This document shows positions 1 through 9,872 of a stretch of 64,000 nt of DNA, one piece after another. Below the pieces are notes generated by a model. It was given only the letters and a program-made list of their open reading frames with translations, was not told where the DNA came from and did no database searches. A program made the translations under genes and the position numbers. Position 1 is the stretch's first letter; the number at the start of each line of letters is the position of its first letter. The DNA is taken from contig CADCIQ010000002.1 of the NCBI GenBank assembly GCA_902801425.1, positions 16,504 to 80,503 on the forward strand. The letters are read 5' to 3'. Origin of the DNA: an uncultured Bacteroidales bacterium (GTDB lineage Bacteria; Bacteroidota; Bacteroidia; Bacteroidales; Bacteroidaceae).

Positions 1-440
1 TTACGACCTACGTTACCGAATGCGAGGATACCAATCTTCTTGCCAAGGAGCTCAGAACCAGCCTTGCCATTGTAGAAGTTACGAACTGCGAAAACGAGGA
101 GACCGAGAACGAGTTCAGCAACTGCGTTAGCGTTCTGACCAGGAGTGTTCTCAACAACTACGTTGTGAGCTGTAGCAGCAGCGAGGTCAACATTATCGTA
201 ACCAGCACCTGCACGAACAACGATCTTCAGATTCTTAGCTGCATCGAGAACCTCAGCAGTAATCTTATCTGAACGGATGATGATTGCATCTACATCAGCA
301 ACAGCCTCAAGGAGCTGAGCCTTGTCTGTATATTTCTCGAGAAGAACGAGCTCATTGCCTGCACCCTCGATAACTTCCTTAATACCAGCAACCGCAGTAG
401 CAGCAAATGGCTTCTCAGTTGCAACAAGTACTTTTGCCAT
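1..440 (-). CDS. serA: D-3-phosphoglycerate dehydrogenase-like (partial, runs off window)
   Basis: Manual translation from ATG at 440: MAKVLVATEKPF...IIIRSDK...VRAGAGYDNVDL...NTPGQNANAVAE...GILAFGNVGR; directly downstream of serC. Confidence 0.85.
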   Translation of the reverse strand, partial: MAKVLVATEKPFAATAVAGIKEVIEGAGNELVLLEKYTDKAQLLEAVADVDAIIIRSDKITAEVLDAAKNLKIVVRAGAGYDNVDLAAATAHNVVVENTPGQNANAVAELVLGLLVFAVRNFYNGKAGSELLGKKIGILAFGNVGR

Positions 441-444
441 AAAA

Positions 445-585
445 GACCTAACCAAGCCTTCCCAAAGGGAAGGATGTTTTATACACTCTATCCTTTAAAA
501 AGGCTTGGAATTTTTATTAAATTAATTTTTAATCTTGTTATTACTATAAAGCATCCCTCCCTTTGGGAGGGTCTGGGTGGGCTTC
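445..585. repeat. REP-like inverted-repeat doublet (CCCTCCCAAAGGGAGGG type)
   Basis: Left arm cctaaccaagccttcccaaagggaaggatgttttat is a near reverse complement of right arm ataaagcatccctccctttgggagggtctgggtggg; AT-rich spacer; fills serC-serA gap. Confidence 0.8.
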
Positions 586-1653
586 TTAGTGCTGAGCCTC
601 AAACTCCTTCATGCAAGCAACGAGAGCCTCACAACCTTCGATTGACATTGCATTGTAGCAAGAAGCACGGAAACCACCTACGTCACGATGACCCTTAACA
701 CCAACCATACCCTTAGAAGTAGCGAATGCGAGGAAGTCGTCCTGAAGATCCTGATACTCTGGCTTGAGTACGAATGTGAGGTTCATGAGTGAACGGCTTG
801 ACTCCTCTGCTGTACCAACGAAGAGCTTGTTGCGGTCAATCTCACCGTAAACGATCTCTGCACGCTGCTTAGCGAGCTGCTCCATAGCCTTTACGCCACC
901 ATGAGCCTTGATGTAACGAAGGTTCATAAGAGCAGAGTAGATAGGAACTACTGGAGGAGTGTTGAACATAGAACCCTTCTTAACGTGTGTACGATAGTCG
1001 AGCATTGTAGGAATCTGACGGCTAACCTTACCGAGAGCGTCTTCCTTAACGATAACGAATGTTACACCTGCCATAGAGAGATTCTTCTGAGCACCACCGT
1101 AGATCATAGCGTACTTGCTAACGTCAACTGGGCGAGAGAGAATATCAGAAGACATATCAGCAATCAATGGAATTGGAGAATCGATATCCTCACGAATCTC
1201 TGTACCATAGATTGTGTTGTTAGAAGTGATATGCAGATAGTCTGCGTCTGTTGGAATAACGTAGTCCTTTGGAATATATGTGAAGTTCTTATCCTTTGAG
1301 CTTGCAATCTCGACAACCTCACCGAAGAGCTTAGCTTCCTTCATAGCCTTTGTTGCCCATACACCAGTGTTCAGGTATGCAGCCTTCTTCTCAAGGAAGT
1401 TGTAAGGTACCATACAGAACTCAAGCGAAGCACCACCACCAAGGAACAATACCTTGTAACCCTCTGGAATGTCAAGGAGTTCCTTGAAGAGAGCCTCGGC
1501 CTCGTCAACGACTGGCTGGAAATTCTTAGCACGGTGGCTGATTTCCATAAGTGAAAGTCCTGAATTCTCGAAATCAAGACAAGCTGCTGCGGTCTGCTCA
1601 ATAACCTCGCGTGGGAGGATTGAAGGACCTGCATTAAAGTTGTACTTCTTCAT
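586..1653 (-). CDS. serC: Phosphoserine aminotransferase
   Basis: NFNAGPS, MEISHR, GGAQKN (PLP lysine), [11 protein letters not shown] motifs. Confidence 0.97.
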   Translation of the reverse strand: MKKYNFNAGPSILPREVIEQTAAACLDFENSGLSLMEISHRAKNFQPVVDEAEALFKELLDIPEGYKVLFLGGGASLEFCMVPYNFLEKKAAYLNTGVWATKAMKEAKLFGEVVEIASSKDKNFTYIPKDYVIPTDADYLHITSNNTIYGTEIREDIDSPIPLIADMSSDILSRPVDVSKYAMIYGGAQKNLSMAGVTFVIVKEDALGKVSRQIPTMLDYRTHVKKGSMFNTPPVVPIYSALMNLRYIKAHGGVKAMEQLAKQRAEIVYGEIDRNKLFVGTAEESSRSLMNLTFVLKPEYQDLQDDFLAFATSKGMVGVKGHRDVGGFRASCYNAMSIEGCEALVACMKEFEAQH

Positions 1654-1800
1654 TGTTTTATTTTTATAATATAATGGTTATCTTAAATATACTATTTAGA
1701 TTCGCGGTGCGAAATTAATAAAAAATCTCGTAATAAGCAAGAAATTATTGCACAAAATGCCCTTTTTGTGCCATTTTTATAGTTTTTTCGCTTATTTTGC

Positions 1801-2709
1801 TTATAAAATGATATATAAACTTGTCAACAACCCATAAATAAATATATTGCGCGCCGTGTCTCCAAGAACCTTATTCAGAGCCCTACCCTCACCTATCCTT
1901 AGGATATTCGCGAAGGACGCGCCAAAGAACGATGACATAAAGCCAATATAGCAATATGTCCATACATCATTTCTTTCACAGACAAAAACTGTCATACATA
2001 CGGCAATCAAAGGAAGAATGATATAAAGCGCGAGCATAGGCTTTTTACCAATTAATACAGCAAGCGTTTTCTTACCAGCCTTTCGGTCGTTGTCTATGTC
2101 ACGATAATTATTCACTATCAAAAGTGTATCTACAACAAACCCGCAACCTATCGACATTAGGAAAACAGGATAGAGTTCCTCCCATGTCACGCTTGGAACT
2201 TCCACATAGTAGGTACAGCAAACCGGAACTATGCCGAAAAAAAACAGTACGAGCACATCGCCCATAGCAATGTATGAAAGCGTAGTGGTATAAAGGAAAC
2301 AGAACGCAACACAAGCCGCTCCCACGGCAATCATCTCCAATCCACCATATATAATAAGAGGCAAGCCGACAAGGCACGCTAAAAGCGTAGTAATGACCAA
2401 TGCTTTCTTCATCGCCGTATCCGTAACCCATCCCTGGGCACAAGCACGCTCAGGACCGAGACGAGTCTCGTCGTCATTTCCTCGCTTGAAGTCGAAATAG
2501 TCATTCACGAAATTGGCATCAATCTGCATAACGAAGGCAAAGAGGAAGCACAACACCATTGCCACATACCTAAAACCATCACCATCTGTTTGATTCCACG
2601 CCATTGCAGTACCAATCATAACAGGCACAGCTGCCGCCGTAAGCGTCTTTGGACGCGCTGCAAGCACCCATGCCTTGAGCGAATTCGTCTTTATTTCATC
2701 TTTTTCCAT
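1801..2709 (-). CDS. menA: 1,4-dihydroxy-2-naphthoate octaprenyltransferase
   Basis: AARPKTL, NDYFDFKRGND, NNYRDIDND-GKKTL motifs; multi-TM; start moved to MEKDEIK. Confidence 0.92.
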   Translation of the reverse strand: MEKDEIKTNSLKAWVLAARPKTLTAAAVPVMIGTAMAWNQTDGDGFRYVAMVLCFLFAFVMQIDANFVNDYFDFKRGNDDETRLGPERACAQGWVTDTAMKKALVITTLLACLVGLPLIIYGGLEMIAVGAACVAFCFLYTTTLSYIAMGDVLVLFFFGIVPVCCTYYVEVPSVTWEELYPVFLMSIGCGFVVDTLLIVNNYRDIDNDRKAGKKTLAVLIGKKPMLALYIILPLIAVCMTVFVCERNDVWTYCYIGFMSSFFGASFANILRIGEGRALNKVLGDTARNIFIYGLLTSLYIIL

Positions 2710-2780
2710 TAGATTTTTATCAATTTTCTTGCAAAAGTAAACATAATTTGCTACATTTGCAAATATTTTTTTATAAAAAT

Positions 2781-2850
2781 GGCAAAAGGCGAAAGGCAAA
2801 AGTCAAAAGACAAAAGACTTTAGCCCTTAGACTTTAGCCCTTAGGCTTTT
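2781..2850. repeat. Heptamer-periodic element (GGCAAAA/GTCAAAA then CTTTAGC/CCTTAGA units)
   Basis: Visible 7-nt periodicity; resembles the reverse complement of the elements at 51141 and 61134. Confidence 0.65.
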
Positions 2851-2857
2851 TCAGATT

Positions 2858-3502
2858 ATGCAGAATCCGAGTCTTGACCTTATGGAATTTATCGAGCGCA
2901 ACGTACTGCCTCGCTATGCAGCCTTCGACAAGGCACACCAGATGCAACACGTCACCTCCGTCGTTCGAGCATCCGTTAAGCTTGCCAACCAACTGGGTGC
3001 TGATGTGGATATGGCGTATGCCATTGCTGCTTATCACGACTTGGGGCTTGAAGGTCCACGTGCCATCCATCATATTACAAGCGGTAAGATTCTCTTGGCT
3101 GATGCAAGACTAAAGAAATGGTTCTCTCCGACAAAGCTCAAGCTGATGAAAGAGGCTGTTGAGGATCATCGTGCCTCTGCTTCCCATGCCCCACGAAGCA
3201 TCTACGGAAGGATCGTTGCGGAGGCTGACAGGGAAATTTCAGAGGATAGCGTATTCCGTCGCACCGTACAGTTCGGTCTTGAGCATTATCCAGAGATGAA
3301 CACAGAGGAGCATTGGCGTCGTTTCAAGGCTCACATGGATGAGAAATACTCAAGCCGTGGCTATATCCACCTCTGGATTCCGGGGTCTGAGAATGAAAAG
3401 AACCTTACGGAAATTCGAAAGATCATAGAATCACCAACCCTTCTTCGCCAGAAATTCGATAAATATTTTGAAGAAGAAATGGAAAAGAATAACTCACGTT
3501 AA
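2858..3502 (+). CDS. HD-domain phosphohydrolase
   Basis: DKAH...YHDLG...HH...EDHRAS...EADR metal-binding pattern. Confidence 0.85.
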   Translation: MQNPSLDLMEFIERNVLPRYAAFDKAHQMQHVTSVVRASVKLANQLGADVDMAYAIAAYHDLGLEGPRAIHHITSGKILLADARLKKWFSPTKLKLMKEAVEDHRASASHAPRSIYGRIVAEADREISEDSVFRRTVQFGLEHYPEMNTEEHWRRFKAHMDEKYSSRGYIHLWIPGSENEKNLTEIRKIIESPTLLRQKFDKYFEEEMEKNNSR

Positions 3503-3507
3503 TGTAG

Positions 3508-3543
3508 AAAAAAAAGCGGAGCCACAACGGTTCCGCTTTTTCA
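3508..3543. terminator. Bidirectional intrinsic terminator
   Basis: A-tract-gcggagcc/ggttccgc-T-tract between convergent genes. Confidence 0.75.
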
Positions 3544-3565
3544 TTTATAACATTCAATTACGCCC

Positions 3566-6500
3566 TTACTTCCTCTCCGCAGGATTCTGCAACTGGAAGC
3601 CCTCCTCACGGGTTGGCTTCTGGAATGAATATTCAATGCTCTCCACGATGATTGAGCAAGGCACGATATAACTAATCACCGTATTATAGTCATAATGAGA
3701 ATGATTGCTGACAAACTCATCCTTAGAAGCCGCCGTAATATGCATAAGAGCACTACGAGAAGGATTCGGTATCTCGCTGACCCTGACAATCTCTTCTTCG
3801 CCAGTATTCACATCCACACGAACAAGATACTTCCAGCAATCCTTCGGTGCCTTTACAATATAAGCATGATCAAGACCTGCCTTCTTCGCCTCCTTGAGGA
3901 AAGTGCTCTTCATTGAAACCTGAGGAATACACTTGTCTATGGATACATGAATGATGCCTGGAGCACATTTTGATGTTGTAGAACCAAACTGGAAACGCTC
4001 ATTACCAGTAGATTCCATAGCACCGATAGCAGGATGACGACCTGCGAGGAGGGTCTTCAGAATACCATTCTCGATGATAGGAAGCGACTTCTTAGGAGCC
4101 ACGCCGTCAACATCCACCTTATAGTTTGCCAAAAGCTTCTGTCCCTTATACTCAGGAGTATCTGCCCACTGGGATATACTCATCTTTGTATCAACTATAC
4201 GCTTTCCAAGCATCATACTGCTCGTAGAACTACCTTTTTGAAAATCACGTGAGGCAATACAACTTGTCTGGACAACCTGATGCGAGATAGCCTCTACAAC
4301 AGACTCGCCCTCAATCATTATCGGACCTACATAGAACTCCTTCACTACAGGAGCATCCGCCTTCTTTACAAGCAGAGCGCAAAAATCCCTCGTGCGTCGT
4401 TTCAGTTCTTCAAGGGAAGGCAATTCGCTGGTATGCTTTGCAAACACCTCAAACTGATCAAACAGACTTGAACCGTCACAGGTCTTGATATTGCCATTTA
4501 TGTTAAGCTTTACCTCAGGAAGCGCAAAACGGAGTTTCTGCCCCTCAGAAGTAAGACGGTAGATATCCTTAGCCTCCACGGTGAAATTGACATCAGAATT
4601 GTAGATTCGAGGATAATCTGCAAAGATAGCCGACAGTTCTGAAGCATACCTTATCATCAACGCAGTATCAATAGGAGCTACGGCACTCTCCTCTATATAT
4701 TCGCATGCTGGAAGTTCAAGCACCTCTGGAATATCCACATCCTCCTCTGGCAGAGGACTCATCTTACGCATATTCACCTTAGCCCCCATGTTGTTCAGAG
4801 CCATCTTGTAACTACGGTCACTAATAGCCCAGAAGCCACGGCGAATCATATCATAATCAGCCTCGTCAGTAAAGCCGTACCTCATATCATTACGATCTAA
4901 TGTCATCTTACTCGTCGTCATCTTGTCACCAAGCACAAGACTTGCAAGACCAAGATTATGATCAGTTAAATGGTTAATGCTATGCACACCACCGAGAGAA
5001 GCCGACACATAGGTAAAGTTATTGTGGACATATTTGTAGTCAACAAAATAAGGAAGAGGAAGATTTTCCAAATGAAGACTATCCTTCGTGCGCTTCAACT
5101 CATCCTCCATAGCCTTGAAGATAATCTCACCTACATCCTTGCCCGAATCCTTGCCGTATGTCTTGGTATATTCAGGAAGCTTGAGTGCTGGTGGCACCAT
5201 CTTCTGATTAATGCTACGCTGCGTCTCTACCTTTGAAACATAGATATAAGGTGAGGTGGCAGATACTGGCACCCAGCCAGACTCCGCACCACACGCCCCT
5301 GTAAACGTAGATGGGGTATCACCAGCAGCCGTGATGTTTGAGAACATTGACAGAGGCGTACCAATAAGATTAACGCCACGCACAAGCTCGTCCTTACGTC
5401 CGTCCACATAAATTCTGAACACCTCCACAGGGGTCACGTTGAAAGCATTCAGATAATCAGTAATGGTGAAACCGCTCGTCACCGTGCGGAAGAAATAGCC
5501 ATACTCCTTACCTTGATTCTTTGCTTCCTTGATAAGCATCTCGCGAAGCTGAGCCTCGGTATAAGGCTGGCTGGTCTCAACTACAAGGTTTGACTGTCGC
5601 GCTACAGGATCATTGCCCCCTGAAGCCCTTCCATGTCCATTGCTGCTTGGAAATCCGTCAATCGGAATACGACAAGTGAGGAAATCCTTCAGTACACCAT
5701 TCTCCACATTCTGCACCTTACGAGCCTTAACACCCTCATCGTCATATTTATATGATCCATTAAGAGCCTGCTTGCCATAGTAATTCTGCGTAGGGTCACA
5801 ATACACGCTGAAGGATGCAGGCAGAACCTTCTCGCCAACCATGCGCTTAAATGTCTCACCACCCTTCTTCATGCGATGGGTTTCAAGACGATGCCCGAAG
5901 ATTTCATGGAAGAAAACGCCACTTGCTGAACCAGAAAGAATGGCAGGACCGGCATAGGGATCGGCAAGAGGTGCCTCACGAAGAGCAAGCAGACGCTCAA
6001 CGAGATCATGCGCCTTGGCAACAAGCACCTCCTCCGAAGGAAGCTCAGCCTCGCTGAAGCCGAAGAAAACCTCATACAGAGGGCATTGCATGCCATCGGT
6101 TGCAAGAATCATGGCAGACAGCATAATACGGACACAACGACGATTCTGCACCACAGAAGTACCGTCAGAGTTCACGATGTATGTCCTGAGTGTACTAAAC
6201 TCCACGTTCACAGAACCATCTTCAAGCATACGACACTCCTTGAACACGCTACTAACCTTATTGAGTTTATTCTTCCAAGCCAAGGTATCAACGACCCAAG
6301 GAGAGAGGGCTACCTCATAGTATGACTCAACAGGAGCATCAGAGAAGCACGGAGCCTTATCCTCAAACTCTGCGTCCGTCCTCGACTTAGCCGTCGCCTC
6401 CTCATAGCGTCTTACAGCCGTTTTGTATCTGTTCATTGCCGAGTTCCATATCTCATCACGATACTGACGCAAAGGTCCGCCAGAGAGGCACACTGCATCG

Positions 6501-6835
6501 CCACTTGCACCTCGGTTATTAGAATCATCAATACCCTGATTCTCAAACTTATAGTTATCGAGTTCCTTACTGCCTATGCGGATGTTTGGCACTATGAAAC
6601 GACTGTGATCGTCATTTACAACCGATGAACCAAAGGCACTGGTGATTGCAAGAGTCTGACTATCCTGCATACGAAGACTCATGAAATAGGCTGGTACAGG
6701 TTTCTGTTTCAACTGCACCATAGAATAGTTCAGCTCCTCTTTTAGAGTCCGAAGAATGGAGTCTGATTGTTCCGTCTGTGCCTTCAATCCGCTGCTTGCC
6801 ATGAGCAGCAAAACTGATGATAATAATATTCGCAT
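3566..6835 (-). CDS. Exported TldD/PmbA-family metallopeptidase with two tandem TldD-like modules
   Basis: Signal peptide; FFHEIFGHRLE zinc motif, YDDEG, NGHGR in N-half; second module (DVDGV, STGNER) lacks HExxxH. Confidence 0.8.
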   Translation of the reverse strand: MRILLSSVLLLMASSGLKAQTEQSDSILRTLKEELNYSMVQLKQKPVPAYFMSLRMQDSQTLAITSAFGSSVVNDDHSRFIVPNIRIGSKELDNYKFENQGIDDSNNRGASGDAVCLSGGPLRQYRDEIWNSAMNRYKTAVRRYEEATAKSRTDAEFEDKAPCFSDAPVESYYEVALSPWVVDTLAWKNKLNKVSSVFKECRMLEDGSVNVEFSTLRTYIVNSDGTSVVQNRRCVRIMLSAMILATDGMQCPLYEVFFGFSEAELPSEEVLVAKAHDLVERLLALREAPLADPYAGPAILSGSASGVFFHEIFGHRLETHRMKKGGETFKRMVGEKVLPASFSVYCDPTQNYYGKQALNGSYKYDDEGVKARKVQNVENGVLKDFLTCRIPIDGFPSSNGHGRASGGNDPVARQSNLVVETSQPYTEAQLREMLIKEAKNQGKEYGYFFRTVTSGFTITDYLNAFNVTPVEVFRIYVDGRKDELVRGVNLIGTPLSMFSNITAAGDTPSTFTGACGAESGWVPVSATSPYIYVSKVETQRSINQKMVPPALKLPEYTKTYGKDSGKDVGEIIFKAMEDELKRTKDSLHLENLPLPYFVDYKYVHNNFTYVSASLGGVHSINHLTDHNLGLASLVLGDKMTTSKMTLDRNDMRYGFTDEADYDMIRRGFWAISDRSYKMALNNMGAKVNMRKMSPLPEEDVDIPEVLELPACEYIEESAVAPIDTALMIRYASELSAIFADYPRIYNSDVNFTVEAKDIYRLTSEGQKLRFALPEVKLNINGNIKTCDGSSLFDQFEVFAKHTSELPSLEELKRRTRDFCALLVKKADAPVVKEFYVGPIMIEGESVVEAISHQVVQTSCIASRDFQKGSSTSSMMLGKRIVDTKMSISQWADTPEYKGQKLLANYKVDVDGVAPKKSLPIIENGILKTLLAGRHPAIGAMESTGNERFQFGSTTSKCAPGIIHVSIDKCIPQVSMKSTFLKEAKKAGLDHAYIVKAPKDCWKYLVRVDVNTGEEEIVRVSEIPNPSRSALMHITAASKDEFVSNHSHYDYNTVISYIVPCSIIVESIEYSFQKPTREEGFQLQNPAERK

Positions 6836-7000
6836 TTTAATAGATTAGGTTTGTTGATTTCTGAAATATGACGCAAAGATAATAGATTATTTTTAAATTT
6901 GCAAAGCATTACACGTTTTTTTTCGCAAAATATCATAAAAGTTTTCACTTACGAGTAAGAAAAAAGCGTTGAACCAAGAGATTCAACGCCTTCTTTTGTG

Positions 7001-7072
7001 AGGTGCGTGGCGGAGTCGAACCGCCTTAGCTGGTTTTGCAGACCAGAGACTAAACCGTTCATCCAACGCACC
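7001..7072 (-). tRNA. tRNA-Cys(GCA)
   Basis: Minus strand GGTGCGT...CTGGTCTGCAAAACCAG...GGCGGTTCGACTCCGCC ACGCACCT cloverleaf; TACCTTTG promoter ~7111-7118; hairpin at 6965-6990. Confidence 0.95.
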
Positions 7073-7322
7073 AGACTTAATCAGAACGGGCATCTTTTTC
7101 AAATGCGATGCAAAGGTACAAATTATTTTTTAGAACAAAGAACGAAAAACAAAGAAATTTAAGTGCGCTCTTATTGTTATTGATTTATATCAAGTCGCAT
7201 TCACAACACACCTTTTTGAGTTGAAAAGCACTATGAATCCTATGTTTTCATTCCTTCTGGTTATCATACCAAAGATGTTAAGCCTTGCGACTTTTTCTGC
7301 AGGAAGAATCAGAGCATAATAC

Positions 7323-7432
7323 ACACCCAAGCACACTTGCCACATCCTTACCCACGAATCAAGGCTCTACGTTCATCACCATAGTCCTCACTTCACCCAT
7401 GCACTCATTCTTGAAAATCTATATTTCCGTTG
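7323..7432 (-). pseudogene. Bro-N (phage antirepressor) domain fragment
   Basis: Translation TEI*IFKNECMGEVRTMVMNVEP*FVGKDVASVLGC matches the Bro-N pattern IFxNxxFGEVRT...EPWFVGKDVAxVLGY, with two nonsense codons. Confidence 0.7.
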
Positions 7433-7440
7433 TTCTTAGG

Positions 7441-7970
7441 CAGGAGGCTCAGAATGGCTACCTAACATACAACTGTTATATAAAACAGGGACCCCCCCTA
7501 CACTTTCTAACCTCATAATATAATATAATAATTAATATTATTATATTATGGCTATAGATCACCCACAGTTACCCTGTGTGTGTTTTATCTAATGGTTATA
7601 TGTTAGATAGGCATCAAAATTATTTCGCCCCCGAAAATTTCTCATTGAGATTCAATGCGTTACAAGCACAAAACATTTTTTCTTGTATCTAATATGTATT
7701 TTTGCGTGGTTAGTTTTGACATCTGCGGAAAATGTAGTAACTTTGCAGTGTGAATCAGTCAAAGGTCAAAAGACTAAAGGCAAAAGACAAAGGTTGGCGA
7801 TCACTATACCTCCGTTTCACCTCCGTTGTGAATCCGTTGTAAATCCGTTGTAAATCCGTTCCCCATATCGGAGAAATAAAGCCCCTCCCCTCTCCCACCC
7901 TCGTAGCGACAAGGAAGCAGCACAAAAGAGAAAGAGCCCATCCCAATAGCGATTAGGACAAGCTCTTTAC
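7441..7970 (+). repeat. Dispersed ~550 bp noncoding element, copy A
   Basis: Shares colinear blocks with reverse complement of 29432-30030: caggaggctcagaatggc (18 nt), atccgttgtaa array, atcccaatagcgattaggacaagctcttt (29 nt). Confidence 0.8.
7715..7745 (+). promoter_or_regulatory. Bacteroidetes primary-sigma promoter with no downstream ORF
   Basis: TTTG (7715) - 19 nt - TAACTTTG (7738). Confidence 0.6.
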
Positions 7971-8007
7971 ATAGATATAAAACAAAGATGGTATTTTTCG
8001 AAAGTTA

Positions 8008-9651
8008 TTACTTCTCCTCGTCTGGCTGCTGCATATCTTTCTTTGACAGTTGAATCATCTTGCGAGCATAGTCAGCTGGATAGCCAGGACGCTCAACAGG
8101 CTCGACAAGTCCGTACTTGGTCTTGAGATACTTACCGTCCTTCATCTTCTTCACCGCCATGTCGTTATAACGGACAATGAGACGAACTGCAAGATCCTTC
8201 CATGTTGCAAGCATCTGCTGAGCCTGAGCATTGGAATAGTCGTTGAGGAACTTCACGGCATCGGCAGCCGACCGAGCATACATTTCCTTCGCCTTTGCCT
8301 CTACCTCTCCCTGCTTGGCGAAATAACTGCTTTCAAGACTGTCACGATAGCCTTTCAGCTCTGGGAAGAGCATGGAATAACGAGGATAAACCATATTGCT
8401 GACCCAGTTACATACCCAGTAAGCATTCTTATCTGAGAAGGTAACATCATCAGCTCCTGGGGTGTTGTAGCACTCAGGCAAAACGGTATTGCCGCAATAG
8501 ATTGGAGTATAGGCTATCATGTTTCCGTCGTCATTGCCCCACCACAGACATCCGCCAATCTCGCGAGGCAACCAAGAGCGCATCTGCGATACATAGGTAA
8601 AGCCAGTCTGCTGAGTACTTACAGGACGCTCCGTGAAATACTTCTTCCCGTCAACCTCGAATGCAAGGGGAGTAGGCTGATAAGGCATCTCCCAGATACC
8701 GCCTCCGATAGTGCCTCTCACCTCAAGCGGAGTACCCTCATAGTGGTCGCGCATCGCCATCTGCAAGTCCTGCACGGTGAGTTTCTTGTTAGGAACAACC
8801 CAGAGAGGAAGCGGCTCGGCATTCTTATCACGACCTTCAGCCCAAGGCAGATACTTATCCATTCCGTCAACGAAGAAACGGTAGAAAGCCCACACACGGG
8901 CATCACAATAACGACGGCCAGAGAAGTCAGGAGCAGCATACGCGGCATTCCAAGAGAAATCAGCATCCTTGCCTGTAAACCAGCCTTTTGAGCGTGCGTA
9001 CTTGATGCAGTTCTTTGAGAACATCACATTCTCCTTGTCCTTCTGGTTGAATGTAGTGATACGGCTCTGATTGGCATGCGCACAGATAGCATCATCAGGA
9101 ATACGCTGGGCAACCCAAACCACTCCATGAGCACCTGCGCCCTGCATCTCCATGATCCAAGCCTCGTCAGGGTCGCAGATGGTAAAGGTCTCGCCCTCAG
9201 AGTTATAGCCGTAGGTCTCTACAAGACTGGTCATTACCTTGATAGCCTCGCGAGCAGATTTTGAACGCTGGAGGGCGATATAGATGAGTGAACCGTAGTC
9301 GAGTATGCCAGTAGTATCAACCATCTCCTCACGACCTCCGTATGTGGTTTCTCCGATAGTTACCTGATACTCGTTGATATTACCTATCACGTTATAAGTC
9401 TCTTCTGCCTGTGGAATCTCACCATGATACTTGTTGGTGTCCCAGTCGTATATCTGAAGCATCTCACCCTTTGGATGCTTTCCGGCTGGAGAATGATACA
9501 AAGAGAAGAAAGCACCGTATGAGTCAGCGTTATAGGTACACATCACGCTACCGTCAGCACTCGCTTTCTTGCCAACAATGAAATTAGTACAAGCCATCGC
9601 CTGTACGAAACTTACAGCTAAAAATGATAATAAAAAACACGTTCTTTTCAT
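8008..9651 (-). CDS. Peptidase C69 family dipeptidase
   Basis: Signal peptide followed by Ntn-type CTNFIVGKKASADGS; NEYQVTIGETT; HANQSRI. Confidence 0.9.
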   Translation of the reverse strand: MKRTCFLLSFLAVSFVQAMACTNFIVGKKASADGSVMCTYNADSYGAFFSLYHSPAGKHPKGEMLQIYDWDTNKYHGEIPQAEETYNVIGNINEYQVTIGETTYGGREEMVDTTGILDYGSLIYIALQRSKSAREAIKVMTSLVETYGYNSEGETFTICDPDEAWIMEMQGAGAHGVVWVAQRIPDDAICAHANQSRITTFNQKDKENVMFSKNCIKYARSKGWFTGKDADFSWNAAYAAPDFSGRRYCDARVWAFYRFFVDGMDKYLPWAEGRDKNAEPLPLWVVPNKKLTVQDLQMAMRDHYEGTPLEVRGTIGGGIWEMPYQPTPLAFEVDGKKYFTERPVSTQQTGFTYVSQMRSWLPREIGGCLWWGNDDGNMIAYTPIYCGNTVLPECYNTPGADDVTFSDKNAYWVCNWVSNMVYPRYSMLFPELKGYRDSLESSYFAKQGEVEAKAKEMYARSAADAVKFLNDYSNAQAQQMLATWKDLAVRLIVRYNDMAVKKMKDGKYLKTKYGLVEPVERPGYPADYARKMIQLSKKDMQQPDEEK

Positions 9652-9693
9652 GAAAGTCTAAAAAAGATATCTAAAGGGAAATGTTTATGAAAA

Positions 9694-9872
9694 CTCCACT
9701 TACGCGGAGATATTTGGGAGAAAGTAAATTATCAGTAAATTATATTCAGTAAATTATTTGGCTGCATACGCAGCCTGGAAATTCCAAATAATAATTTAAA
9801 GAATAAAATTTACTGATAATAATTTACTGGTTTAATTTATTTCTACTTTCCAGAAACTGATAATTTACTTTC
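9694..9872 (-). repeat. AGTAAATT-family palindromic intergenic element
   Basis: CAGTAAATT/AATTTACTG arms plus two small GC hairpins; second copy at 51810-51982. Confidence 0.75.

Noticed and set aside
6960-7072. Integrated element at tRNA-Cys
   Set aside because: No duplicated tRNA 3' end and no integrase found in the window
7755-7946. Short ORFs over repeats (also 474-698, 16385-16597, 31654-31893, 46289-46516)
   Set aside because: Translations arise from repeat sequence
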